A stretch of DNA of 64,000 nucleotides from Patescibacteria group bacterium (lineage in GTDB: Bacteria; Patescibacteriota; Patescibacteriia; JAXHNJ01), in contig JAXHNJ010000002.1 in assembly GCA_034520665.1 (NCBI GenBank), positions 352,660-416,659 on the forward strand, given 5' to 3'. The translations under genes were made by a program, and so were the position numbers. The notes beneath the pieces were generated by a model. The model made no database searches, had not been told where the DNA came from, and worked only from the letters and a program-made list of their open reading frames with translations. Below are positions 19,405 to 28,528 of the stretch, piece by piece. Each line of letters starts with the position of its first letter. Within the stretch, counting starts at the first letter, position 1.

Positions 19405-21675
19405 TCAAGAATCTAATTTTCTAGCTTTAAACCATTTAATCAATAAGGTGCCCCCGGTAATAATTACGCCAGCTAAACAAACCCACAAATATTTATAAAT
19501 ATTACTTTTATTATCCTCTCCTTCAATCATAATTTCTTTTTCGCTAGTAGCCCCTAAAACTTCACCTTCTTCATCTTCAGCTGCTTCTGATATTTTTTCT
19601 TCCCCTAGAACCCGGGCTTCATCTAACACTCTTATATCACTGTTTACTCTTGGCAATAATCTAAACCCCAAATCATTATCATAAGAAATTAAAATACCTA
19701 AAACTTCTACTTGGCTGCCTTCTTTATAATCATGGCCATTTATATTAGTGCCTCTTTTATAATAAATTTCAATTTCTTCTGTTTCTTCACTTAAAAGCAT
19801 TTTTGTTTTTGAGTTTTCTAAAACACTGCCATTAACTATAACCAAACTGCCGAAATAAGTTTCATCAATTTCTCCTAAACTTAACCTGATCGCTTCCGGA
19901 AAAATATCTTGATCGCTCAATATCTTAACATCCTCCTCACTGCCAATATTAATTTTCTTTTCCCCGCTACTCTCTGAAATCTTGCCGGTTATTTTTACAT
20001 AATCACCAATTTTCAAGTCCGGAAAATCTTTTTTATATGAATATATTTTAATACCGTTTTGCCCATCAAAAAGATAAAAGTACTGAACCCCAAAAACAGC
20101 CGGTTCCACCGCTACAAAACCTTTGACTATTACTTCCTGGCCTTTTTCTAATTCTTTAGCCCGATTGATTGATACTTCGGATATTTTTGCTGCTTCTGAT
20201 ACTTCTAACTCCTTTACCTCTGCTTCATCCTTTATCCCTAAGACTTTCTCTGAATTTTCCACCTCCTCTAAATCCTCTGTTTCTCTTTTCTTTTTTACAT
20301 CTCCTAAAATCTCATTTTCACTGCCCGGGCTGACCAAAGAAGTCCAAGCCCAACTATTAGTGCCGGCTTTTCTGGCAAAAGAAGAGCCTTTTATTGCTTC
20401 GGGATATTCTACTCCATTAACCACTTTTTGCTTGGGGTCTAAAAGTTGTAAGGTCATACCTGAATTTTTTAGATATATCTTTGTTTGCTGATAACCAAGA
20501 ACTAGAAAGCTTTCTGTTTCTATTAAAGTATCTTTTTCAAAAGTAAAGTATTTTTTACCATTATAAATCTGCCAGCCTCTTAGATTAACCGGTTGATTGT
20601 CTTTATTGATTAATTCAATAAATTCGTTTTCCAGATCACTGCCTTCAGGATTAGGAAAAACTTCATTAATTAAAATTTTATCAGAAAAATCATACTCGAT
20701 ATTTTTGGCTTTATCTTCAGTATTTTCATCTTCTAAATCTAAATTTTCATTTTCTTCCTCCTGATTATCTTCCTCTTCATTTACTTCATCAAAAACAAAC
20801 TCTTCCTCCTCTTCTTCTTTTTCTTTAACTACTACACTTAAGCTGGCAGTGACTTTATTATAACCGTCACTAATGGTTAAAGTAACACCATAATCACCAA
20901 CTGTCTGAAAAACATGATGCGGAGTAATGCCTTCTCCCTGCTGGCCATCTCCAAAATCCCAGGAAAAGCTTAATTCATCCTCTTCCGGGTCAAAAGAGTC
21001 AGAAGCGTCGAAATAAACTTTTTCACCGACTAATACTTCCCTATCTTCTCCGGCCTCAATCACCGGCGGCTGGTTTGAATTTTCCTGACCCGGGGTACCA
21101 AATTCTTGGTCAGTTTTAAAGCCTGTTTTCTGGCTGGCAATATGCCAGGAACTTTCTAAACTTCCCTCTTCAATTTTTGTGTTTCTTTCCATTGACTGCC
21201 AGACCTCACCGGAAGAATATTCGCCTGATAAAGGCTGCCCTGAACCATCATCAGCTGTGTCAATTAAATTTCCCTTATCATCATAAAGTTTTATCTCAAG
21301 CTGGCTGTTGGACAAAGAGACTGACGTATCCACCAAATTGCTTTCTACATTTAGAGCTGACTTTTCTGATTCTGATGAATAATTAGAAATAATATAAAAA
21401 TTATCTAACACTTCACCTTCTGGAATCTCTAGCATTAATTTTTCTTCCCCGGAAGATTTCTTGCTTAAATACCAGTTTGATAAATCAACCCGGGAATCAG
21501 ATAAATTTTTCAGCTCCAACCATTCATCATAAGAAGAAATACTTGACCCCATCCACATCAATTCGTTAATAACTACCATGGGCCTTTCATAAGACTGGAC
21601 TTTTTTAGCTTTAATAAAAAGACCATTACTCACTAATAAAATAATGAGTAAACTAATAATAATTTTTTTAGTCAT
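19405..21675 (-). CDS. Surface protein with lamin-tail domains, PKD domain and OB folds
   Basis: VVINELMW..EWLELKN and ILINEVFPNP..EFIELIN (LTD); FSWDFGDG (PKD); OB-like repeats; C-terminal TM. Confidence 0.8.
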   Translation of the reverse strand: MTKKIIISLLIILLVSNGLFIKAKKVQSYERPMVVINELMWMGSSISSYDEWLELKNLSDSRVDLSNWYLSKKSSGEEKLMLEIPEGEVLDNFYIISNYSSESEKSALNVESNLVDTSVSLSNSQLEIKLYDDKGNLIDTADDGSGQPLSGEYSSGEVWQSMERNTKIEEGSLESSWHIASQKTGFKTDQEFGTPGQENSNQPPVIEAGEDREVLVGEKVYFDASDSFDPEEDELSFSWDFGDGQQGEGITPHHVFQTVGDYGVTLTISDGYNKVTASLSVVVKEKEEEEEEFVFDEVNEEEDNQEEENENLDLEDENTEDKAKNIEYDFSDKILINEVFPNPEGSDLENEFIELINKDNQPVNLRGWQIYNGKKYFTFEKDTLIETESFLVLGYQQTKIYLKNSGMTLQLLDPKQKVVNGVEYPEAIKGSSFARKAGTNSWAWTSLVSPGSENEILGDVKKKRETEDLEEVENSEKVLGIKDEAEVKELEVSEAAKISEVSINRAKELEKGQEVIVKGFVAVEPAVFGVQYFYLFDGQNGIKIYSYKKDFPDLKIGDYVKITGKISESSGEKKINIGSEEDVKILSDQDIFPEAIRLSLGEIDETYFGSLVIVNGSVLENSKTKMLLSEETEEIEIYYKRGTNINGHDYKEGSQVEVLGILISYDNDLGFRLLPRVNSDIRVLDEARVLGEEKISEAAEDEEGEVLGATSEKEIMIEGEDNKSNIYKYLWVCLAGVIITGGTLLIKWFKARKLDS

Positions 21676-21719
21676 TAGTTTAATCCTCGTTAAGCCACCG
21701 TATTTATTTTTTAGTTGTG

Positions 21720-22175
21720 GTTATTGCAGCTAGTAAGGTTTTAGGTTTTAGTTTTTGTAATTCTTTTATTATTAAAATTATCCCAAGCCTTGGCCAAGGT
21801 AAATGTTTGCCGAGCAATTTTATCATATTCTTCGATTAAATTATTACATAAATTTTTATCAAAATTATAAAAATCTTTAAGCTGTGATAAGCCAACAATA
21901 GTCTCATTAATTTCAGCTAAGGCATCATCAAGATATTTCTGAAAACCGGCCTTTTGGTGTTTTTTAGCATAACCTTCGGCAATAAGACGTGGTATAGCTT
22001 TACAAGATCTTCTTAACTGAGATGACAAATCATTTCTCTCTATCGAAGGAATTAATGGCAATATTTTATCAAATACAATAACACAAGTTTTATAACTTGA
22101 TCTATAAATTTCTAAATCATTGAAACTTTTTATTTTTCTATAAACCATAACTACAACCTTACTAGCCGCCATAAC
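21720..22175. repeat. Inverted repeats bracketing the four-helix-bundle gene
   Basis: GTTATTGCAGCTAGTAAGGTT (21720-21740) versus the reverse complement of 22155-22175 (2 mismatches), extending imperfectly on both sides. Confidence 0.8.
21741..22148 (-). CDS. Four-helix-bundle protein (23S rRNA IVS / Avd-like family)
   Basis: SFNDLEIY...E...LSSQLRRS..AIP..IAEGY...F..YL..A.....E; start moved to ATG 22148. Confidence 0.88.
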   Translation of the reverse strand: MVYRKIKSFNDLEIYRSSYKTCVIVFDKILPLIPSIERNDLSSQLRRSCKAIPRLIAEGYAKKHQKAGFQKYLDDALAEINETIVGLSQLKDFYNFDKNLCNNLIEEYDKIARQTFTLAKAWDNFNNKRITKTKT

Positions 22176-22350
22176 TAAAACTAAATTCAATAAAAAAATT
22201 TGGTGACTCCTTTAGCGGAGCCACCAAAATCTGTCTACAAGTATAGAATATATTTTTCGGCTAAATATGTCAAGTTGTAAATCCACAAATTATCAACTTC
22301 TATTATAGTATGACCTTAAGCTCCGTCAAAGGACACAAGTTTTGCCCTTA

Positions 22351-22376
22351 TAAAAAAGGGGCTCGTTTGAGCCCCA
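22351..22376 (-). terminator. Intrinsic terminator of prs
   Basis: GGGGCTC-AAAC-GAGCCCC followed by a T-run on the minus strand. Confidence 0.7.
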
Positions 22377-22382
22377 TGGGAA

Positions 22383-23417
22383 TTACCATTTTAAATTGGC
22401 CTTCATGGCCTTCAGGCTATCAAGATAACCTTCAAGCTCAAAAAGCTTAGTAATGCTTTTATCATGGTGGAGGTGCCAGATAGCTAAAGCTAAAAGCCTA
22501 GAGATAGAAATAACTTCCAGTTTTTCTCCCAGTATTTCCCTGGCTTCCTCAAAAATTGGCAGAGAATCGGTGGTAATAATCTTTTCTATAGGACTATCAG
22601 CTAAGCTTCGGCAGACATCCAGATTAGCTAGCACTGGATGGATAAGAATAGCATTAATGCTCTTAGCATTTTTACTCTTGGCTGCCTCAGCCGCTCTGAT
22701 TATAGTAGCCCCACTTGAAGTCATATCATCAATAAAATAAATGGGCCGATCCTTAAAATCACCAATTAGACTTATCTTGTCTATTCCTTCATCGCTTGAT
22801 CCAGTTTTATGACCAATACCAAATCTAATATCATCCATTACTTCATTCAATCTTTTGTAAAAAGATTCTACTAGTTTGGCTCCGCCGGCATCAGTAGAAG
22901 AAAGAGTGATTTTATTCAGCTTATTTTCAATTATCCAGTCCAAAATAACTGGGCGGGCGTTAAGGTGGTCTACCTTAATTTTATTATCAGCCATTTCTGT
23001 CACAGTAGTAATAACCGGATTGTGAAGATTAAGAAAAACTATACGGTCACAACCTGTACCCACTAAATTTCTAATCTTCACTTTCATAGAAATCGGCACT
23101 CTTGATTCTCCACGCCTGTCCTGACGAGCATAGCCGAAATAAGGAATTACGGCCGTTACTCTTTCCGCTGATCTTTCCACCGCGTCAATAAGAAGTTCTA
23201 CTTCCGTTTGATTCCGATCGGGCTGATTAGTTGGTTGGATAATAAAAACATCCATGCCCCGGGTATTACCCAAATCAACAATTTTGGCTTCGCCATCAAG
23301 AAACCTACCAACTTCTCCTGATAATAAGTCCTTATGAAGACAAGCGGCGATTTCATGAGCCAAATCACGATGAGCATTACCGGTTAAAAGAGCTAGATTG
23401 TTTGTATTTTTATCCAT
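22383..23417 (-). CDS. prs: Ribose-phosphate pyrophosphokinase, divergent
   Basis: F.DGE, VFIIQPT, VIPYFGYARQDR, DAGG, FIDDM.SSG.T, TDSLP. Confidence 0.9.
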   Translation of the reverse strand: MDKNTNNLALLTGNAHRDLAHEIAACLHKDLLSGEVGRFLDGEAKIVDLGNTRGMDVFIIQPTNQPDRNQTEVELLIDAVERSAERVTAVIPYFGYARQDRRGESRVPISMKVKIRNLVGTGCDRIVFLNLHNPVITTVTEMADNKIKVDHLNARPVILDWIIENKLNKITLSSTDAGGAKLVESFYKRLNEVMDDIRFGIGHKTGSSDEGIDKISLIGDFKDRPIYFIDDMTSSGATIIRAAEAAKSKNAKSINAILIHPVLANLDVCRSLADSPIEKIITTDSLPIFEEAREILGEKLEVISISRLLALAIWHLHHDKSITKLFELEGYLDSLKAMKANLKW

Positions 23418-23517
23418 CTCCTTCTCCTCTCGCCAAAAATTTAAAAGAAATTAAAGGTACGTTCATAATTAGCTTTTTATCTTATCAAGACTAATAAATC
23501 TGTCAAATTAATAATAA

Positions 23518-24315
23518 CTATTTTTTTCTTTCTTTGTCTGATTTTTTAATATATTTATCCAAGCCTTTGGAAATTTTAGCTAGATTAAACCCGATAACTT
23601 GAAAAAGTTTTCTGTTAGTTGGTTCTTTTTTTGGCTCTGGGTGATTCAATTTTTGCCAAATTTTTTCGTTAAATTCATTAAGACTATTTAATTTAAATTC
23701 TGCCAGAGAAAAAACCTTATCATCTCTATCTTCAGAAGCCGGTACGGCTACTACCTTAATCCTGGCCGCCCGAGCTGCGATTAGACCGTTTTCTGAATCT
23801 TCAAAACAAAAACAATTAACCGAATCAACTTCTAATTCTTTTAAAGTTTTTAAATAAATTTCCGGATGAGGTTTGCCATAATTATCTTCTTCTGATGAAT
23901 GAATAACCTGGAAATATTTTTTAAGACCAAACTTTTCTAACACAGCCATGACTACTTTTTTATAGGAAGAAGAAGCCAAAGCTATTTTTAGTTCTTTTTT
24001 TTCCAAAAAATCCAATATCTTTCTTGCTCCTTTTTTTAATTCTCCTTTTTGTCTTATTCTTTCTACCACTTTATTAACTATTTCTTCTTCAGCTTTTTTT
24101 AGAGAAATATTTTTCAAGGGTATAACCTTATGCCAGGAACTAATTACTTCGTCAACCCGTCCGCCTTTAAGTTCCTGCCATAGTTTTTCTTTAAACTGCG
24201 ATCCATTTTTTTTAACTACCTCTTTTAAGCCTTCCTTCCAAAAAGGCATTGAATTAATTAAGACCCCGTCCATGTCAAATATCACGGCTTTAATTAAATT
24301 TTTTTCTTCAGTCAT
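23518..24315 (-). CDS. HAD-family phosphatase (HxpB/YniC-like)
   Basis: FDMDGVL, ASSS, GKPHPEIY, FEDS.NG. Confidence 0.88.
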   Translation of the reverse strand: MTEEKNLIKAVIFDMDGVLINSMPFWKEGLKEVVKKNGSQFKEKLWQELKGGRVDEVISSWHKVIPLKNISLKKAEEEIVNKVVERIRQKGELKKGARKILDFLEKKELKIALASSSYKKVVMAVLEKFGLKKYFQVIHSSEEDNYGKPHPEIYLKTLKELEVDSVNCFCFEDSENGLIAARAARIKVVAVPASEDRDDKVFSLAEFKLNSLNEFNEKIWQKLNHPEPKKEPTNRKLFQVIGFNLAKISKGLDKYIKKSDKERKK

Positions 24316-24405
24316 AATATATTTTAAATTAATTATTTTTGGTGTTTAGAACAATAGTAAGTGCCTCGCCCGTTAACTTTTTTAATTCTCAAGATATGAT
24401 TTTCC

Positions 24406-25161
24406 TCATCTAACTTTATTCGAATATTTAATCATCTGTTTGGCATTTTTAGGAGCGTATCCTTTTTCGTCATTATCAAAATAACAATAGATTTCTTTTA
24501 CCCTTTTTTCTTTTTTAATCTTTTTAAAATAACTTGCCCAAGCCCTTAAACTATTTCCATGATAATTACCCTGATAAGGCTTATCACTGGGACCGTGTAA
24601 ACGAATGTAAGCAAAATCAGCTGTTATTTTTCGCGGCGTTTTAATACCGGCCAGCTGATAAAGGCAGAAGGCAATATTATTTTTCTTAAGCAAATTATAG
24701 ACATCATCACGCCACCAGGACTGATCCCGAAATTCTATGGCAATTTGTTTTTTCTTCGGCAGTAAATTAACAAAGTTATTTAATCTTTCAATATTCTTAT
24801 ACCAATTAGGCGGCAGCTGAAAAAGGATTGGCCCGAGATTATTATTCAAAAGATTTACTCGTGAAAAAAAGCGTTTTAGACTTTCTTTGGGATTTTTTAG
24901 CTTTTTCATGTGGGTGATATACCGGCTGGCTTTGACTGAAAAGATAAATTCTTTTGGCACTTTTTTTCTCCAGCTTTTTATTACTTTTTTTGAAGGCAGG
25001 TTATAAAAGGTATTATTTACTTCTACTGTCTGGAAATGATCAGCATAATAATTCAAAAAATTATTAGTCTTAATTTTTTCTGGATACCAAGCTTTTTGCC
25101 AGTGTTTATAATTCCAACCAGAGGTACCAATATGAATTGTGTCTTTGCTATTCTTAGCCAT
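24406..25161 (-). CDS. DUF72 (YecE-like) protein
   Basis: IGTSGW.Y..W, TVEVNNTFY, LFQLPP, EFR..SW, YIRLHG, YFDND. Confidence 0.92.
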   Translation of the reverse strand: MAKNSKDTIHIGTSGWNYKHWQKAWYPEKIKTNNFLNYYADHFQTVEVNNTFYNLPSKKVIKSWRKKVPKEFIFSVKASRYITHMKKLKNPKESLKRFFSRVNLLNNNLGPILFQLPPNWYKNIERLNNFVNLLPKKKQIAIEFRDQSWWRDDVYNLLKKNNIAFCLYQLAGIKTPRKITADFAYIRLHGPSDKPYQGNYHGNSLRAWASYFKKIKKEKRVKEIYCYFDNDEKGYAPKNAKQMIKYSNKVR

Positions 25162-25332
25162 TAAAAAATTTGTGGTTTATTTAATACACTTTCAGTATAA
25201 CATTTATAATTACTTAAACAATTTGATTATTTATAATTTATTTTATTCCCCTTATTATCCCAGCTGTTTTTAACCACCTTTCCGCCGTCTTAACTTTCTG
25301 CTAAAATAAATGAGTAAACTATTATCAATTAG

Positions 25333-26067
25333 ATGATTATTTTATATAGTATTCTTTGTTTTTTAGCTATAACTATTTTTCTTTTAGTTATTCTTTTATT
25401 TAAGCCGAGGAAAAATAAATTTATTTATGAAAAACAAATAGATAAAATACTTCTTAATAATAGCTTTAGTTCATTTAAGCCCGATGAAATGCATCTTCTT
25501 GAAAAAATAGAAAATAACACCGCTTTTTTCCGAATAACTAAACCGGGGCTCTATTCGGCTTATGAAAATAATGTCTACTCTCAATATTATATAGTTCCAA
25601 AATTATATAAAAACAATAAAAAAAATATTGGAATTAATGCTTTTTTTATCCGGAAAAAACCAAAAACCTGGTTCGAACAAAGATTCCCCCAAAGATCAAC
25701 CTTATTCTTTGAATTTTTATTAAATATTCAAATAAATGAAGAAATTATTATATTTAGAGAGTCTTTTAATACTAAGCTCATGAGAAAATTTTTTCCTGAT
25801 AGCCTTTTAGTTGAGGATGTAGACATTGAAAGTATGCTTTTTAACCATAAATATCAGGTATTCACCAATAATAAAAAAATTGCTTTTAAACTGCTTGATC
25901 CTCTAATTGTTGATTTTCTTAATAAAGAAAAATATGTTTCTTTAATTATAAAAGAGAATTCAATAATTTTTAAAATTTGGCCAAAAATTTCTGAAAAAAA
26001 ATTAAAGCAGTACTTGAATATTGGCGTAAAATTTGTTAAACATATAAAGAGTATCTATAAAAAATAA
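25333..26067 (+). CDS. Membrane-anchored hypothetical protein (DUF3137-like)
   Basis: N-terminal TM; 'DIES..FN.KYQVFT....A..LL.P' motif. Confidence 0.55.
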   Translation: MIILYSILCFLAITIFLLVILLFKPRKNKFIYEKQIDKILLNNSFSSFKPDEMHLLEKIENNTAFFRITKPGLYSAYENNVYSQYYIVPKLYKNNKKNIGINAFFIRKKPKTWFEQRFPQRSTLFFEFLLNIQINEEIIIFRESFNTKLMRKFFPDSLLVEDVDIESMLFNHKYQVFTNNKKIAFKLLDPLIVDFLNKEKYVSLIIKENSIIFKIWPKISEKKLKQYLNIGVKFVKHIKSIYKK

Positions 26068-26093
26068 TAAATTTAGCCCAGGTGGCGGAACTG
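25963..26093 (+). repeat. 131-bp direct repeat, copy 1 (gene 3' end plus tRNA 5' end)
   Basis: Near-identical to 28007-28137 (offset 2044 bp). Confidence 0.9.
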
Positions 26094-26162
26094 GTAGACG
26101 CGCTAGGTTTAGGACCTAGTGGGAGTAATCCCGTGGAGGTTCAAGTCCTCTCCTGGGCACCA
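26076..26162 (+). tRNA. tRNA-Leu(TAG)
   Basis: GCCCAGG/CCTGGGC acceptor stem, CTAGG-TTTAGGA-CCTAG anticodon arm, long variable arm, GGTTCAAGTCC T-loop, encoded CCA. Confidence 0.96.
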
Positions 26163-26186
26163 GTGCTAACATTTTTATCAAACTAT

Positions 26187-27512
26187 ATGACTAATATGAA
26201 ATATTTATTTACAAGTACTATTATTTGCCTTTTTTTATTAATCCCTTTGGCAGCTCATAGCACTGACGATTGTGAAAACGGTTATGAATATCAGCGTATG
26301 AGTGGAGTTGGTTGTGTTCAAATAAATTGTAACGACATCCCTAATGCTCATTATAGTTACACAAAAGATTGTATTTGTGGTTCCTCTGGCAGTATCCATG
26401 AAGACCCTTCCGACCCAAATACTGAGTGTTATAGAAAGCCCACTTATAAAGCTTGTCCAAGTTGCTTATACGCCTGTGTTCATGCTGGTGAAGAGTGCCC
26501 CGGAGAAGAAAGAGATAATTATGTTGAAGATAGTCAAACAAATACAAACACTAACATAAACAGCAACACTAGTAATCAAAATTCTAACACCAATCAAAGC
26601 GTAAATAATAATACTAATTCCAGCAATACAAATATTTCTGTCGCCGGCACTAATATATCTCTTTCCACTTCAGGAAATATTGATTACAACAGTTGTGAAT
26701 ATATCTGCAGTAAATTTACTCGAGGAAATAAATACGCTGTCGTAAATTTAGCTGAAGGAACTCCTCCAAACTGTAAATGTCAGATAGATATAAACGACAA
26801 ATTAAATCGTCTTAACCAAACCATAAGTGTCAACGGGGACAATGAGACCACATTAACATTTGACCCTAACACTGGTCGGTTAATTAAAAAAACAAAAATC
26901 AATAGAAAAGATGAAGTGGAAAAAATTAGAAAAAGATTAGGCTATAAGTACACGCAAGAACAAATAGATAAATTACTAGCCTCTAATAAAATTGATGAAT
27001 GGTTTAATCAACAGATAAAAAATATTAAAACTTCTACCAGCTTAAAAGATCCGCAGTTTTGGTGGCAACATATGGTCGCCATTTGGGATCATGGATTTGG
27101 TGGTAACAGCGCTGACTTTGTTGACACCTATGAATTCGGGCGTTGTGGTGATTCAATGCTTTGGTTGAACCGTAATCTTACTGCTCATTTGGATATAAAT
27201 GACAACAAAAATACTGCTGGACAAAAACACGAAGCCATCCTTTCAATTACTGGAGAAAAATACGGCAACCTATTAAATCATACCTCCACTCTTATTCGCC
27301 CACAGGGTATATCAAACGTCGCTTGGGAGGATTTAGTAAAAACCCTCCAAGATAAATCAGGAGGTGGAGACAAAAATCCCGGTATTAAAAGAAATGATCT
27401 AAAAAATATCGCCCCAGAAATAATGGATGCAAAAGTATTAGATCCATACAAAAAAGAAATAACCACCGTTAGAGAATTTATTAAGGGATGGTCTTATATA
27501 AGAATTGGTTAA
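26187..27512 (+). CDS. Secreted Cys-rich protein with Asn/Thr linker and possible C-terminal papain/transglutaminase-like domain
   Basis: Signal peptide after ATG 26187 or 26196 (the track's start at 26082 lies inside the tRNA); GRCGD...NHT...VLDP spacing. Confidence 0.65.
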   Translation: MTNMKYLFTSTIICLFLLIPLAAHSTDDCENGYEYQRMSGVGCVQINCNDIPNAHYSYTKDCICGSSGSIHEDPSDPNTECYRKPTYKACPSCLYACVHAGEECPGEERDNYVEDSQTNTNTNINSNTSNQNSNTNQSVNNNTNSSNTNISVAGTNISLSTSGNIDYNSCEYICSKFTRGNKYAVVNLAEGTPPNCKCQIDINDKLNRLNQTISVNGDNETTLTFDPNTGRLIKKTKINRKDEVEKIRKRLGYKYTQEQIDKLLASNKIDEWFNQQIKNIKTSTSLKDPQFWWQHMVAIWDHGFGGNSADFVDTYEFGRCGDSMLWLNRNLTAHLDINDNKNTAGQKHEAILSITGEKYGNLLNHTSTLIRPQGISNVAWEDLVKTLQDKSGGGDKNPGIKRNDLKNIAPEIMDAKVLDPYKKEITTVREFIKGWSYIRIG

Positions 27513-27522
27513 TTATAAATAT

Positions 27523-28017
27523 ATGAAAAAAAGAAAAATAATTTTTTTGTCTATAATAGCAATAATTTTTTTGATCTTACTTTTTGGTTATTTTATTTTG
27601 CGTTGGATACCAAAAGATATTACAGAAGTAACCGAGATAAATTCCGAAGAACATTGGGGAACAATTACCGGCTCGCTGGGTTATCCAAGCGATATTATTC
27701 CTGACATGGGAGTTTGTGCCGAAAGCACTGACCAGAATGACTTATTTTGCACCTATGAAATAATTGAGAATGAAGATTTCACTTATGGATTAGGCTATGA
27801 AATAAAAGTGCCACCAGATTCATATTACGTTTTTGCTCATCTTATTGATGAAACTAACAAAAATATTGGGTATACAGATGAAGATAAAGCCTACTATTCA
27901 AAATTTGTAACCTGTGGCATGGGCCTAGAGTGTACTTCGCACAAACCAATTAAAGTAACTGTGGAAAGATATGAAACCGTTACCAGAATTGATCCAATAG
28001 ATTGGTATAATTTTTAA
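27523..28017 (+). CDS. Membrane-anchored hypothetical protein
   Basis: TM, then GTITGSLGYPS..IP...VCAE, YYS..V.CG....C..H, IDP.DWY. Confidence 0.7.
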   Translation: MKKRKIIFLSIIAIIFLILLFGYFILRWIPKDITEVTEINSEEHWGTITGSLGYPSDIIPDMGVCAESTDQNDLFCTYEIIENEDFTYGLGYEIKVPPDSYYVFAHLIDETNKNIGYTDEDKAYYSKFVTCGMGLECTSHKPIKVTVERYETVTRIDPIDWYNF

Positions 28018-28137
28018 AATTTGGCCAAAAATTTCTGAAAAATAATTAAAACAGTACTTGAATATTGGCGTAAAATTTGTTAAACATATACAGAGTATCT
28101 ATAAAAAATAATAAATTTAGCCCAGGTAGTGGAACTG
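28007..28137 (+). repeat. 131-bp direct repeat, copy 2
   Basis: Near-identical to 25963-26093; ends in a tRNA 5' fragment GCCCAGGTAGTGGAACTG. Confidence 0.9.
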
Positions 28138-28233
28138 TCCCGAAGTTGTCAAAATCTTTAATTTTGTGACAACTTCGAGGATCCTCGTTCTCCTTTTGCC
28201 AGACGAAAAATTTACTTGCCCGCCTATGCCTGC

Positions 28234-28317
28234 GCCAGGGTGGTGAAACTGGTAGACACGCAAGGTTTAGAACCTAGTGAGCGCAAGCTCGTGAGAGTTC
28301 AAATCTCTCCTCCGGCA
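28234..28317 (+). pseudogene. Degenerate tRNA-Leu(TAG)-like sequence
   Basis: Cloverleaf with TAG anticodon and GTTCAAATC T-loop, but A-C mismatch in the acceptor stem, A-A in the anticodon stem and no CCA; flanked by GC-rich inverted repeats. Confidence 0.7.
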
Positions 28318-28528
28318 TAGGCATTGGCGGGCGGGCCTGCCAGGGCTTGGGAGTTCAATTCTCTCTCTCCTAGCACTAACATCGACCTGTGCCAGACGTA
28401 GCCTTTGGCGAAGTCATCTCCTGGGCCCCATAAATCAAGCTTTTAGTCTATTTTTCTGGAATTAAAAATATATTTATTAAATTATAAATTTTTGCTAATA
28501 TGAAAGCATAAAATAACTATAAAAAATC

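Noticed and set aside
26082-26186. N-terminal extension of the 476-aa ORF
   Set aside because: It is a translation of the tRNA-Leu gene; the signal peptide starts at 26187 or 26196.
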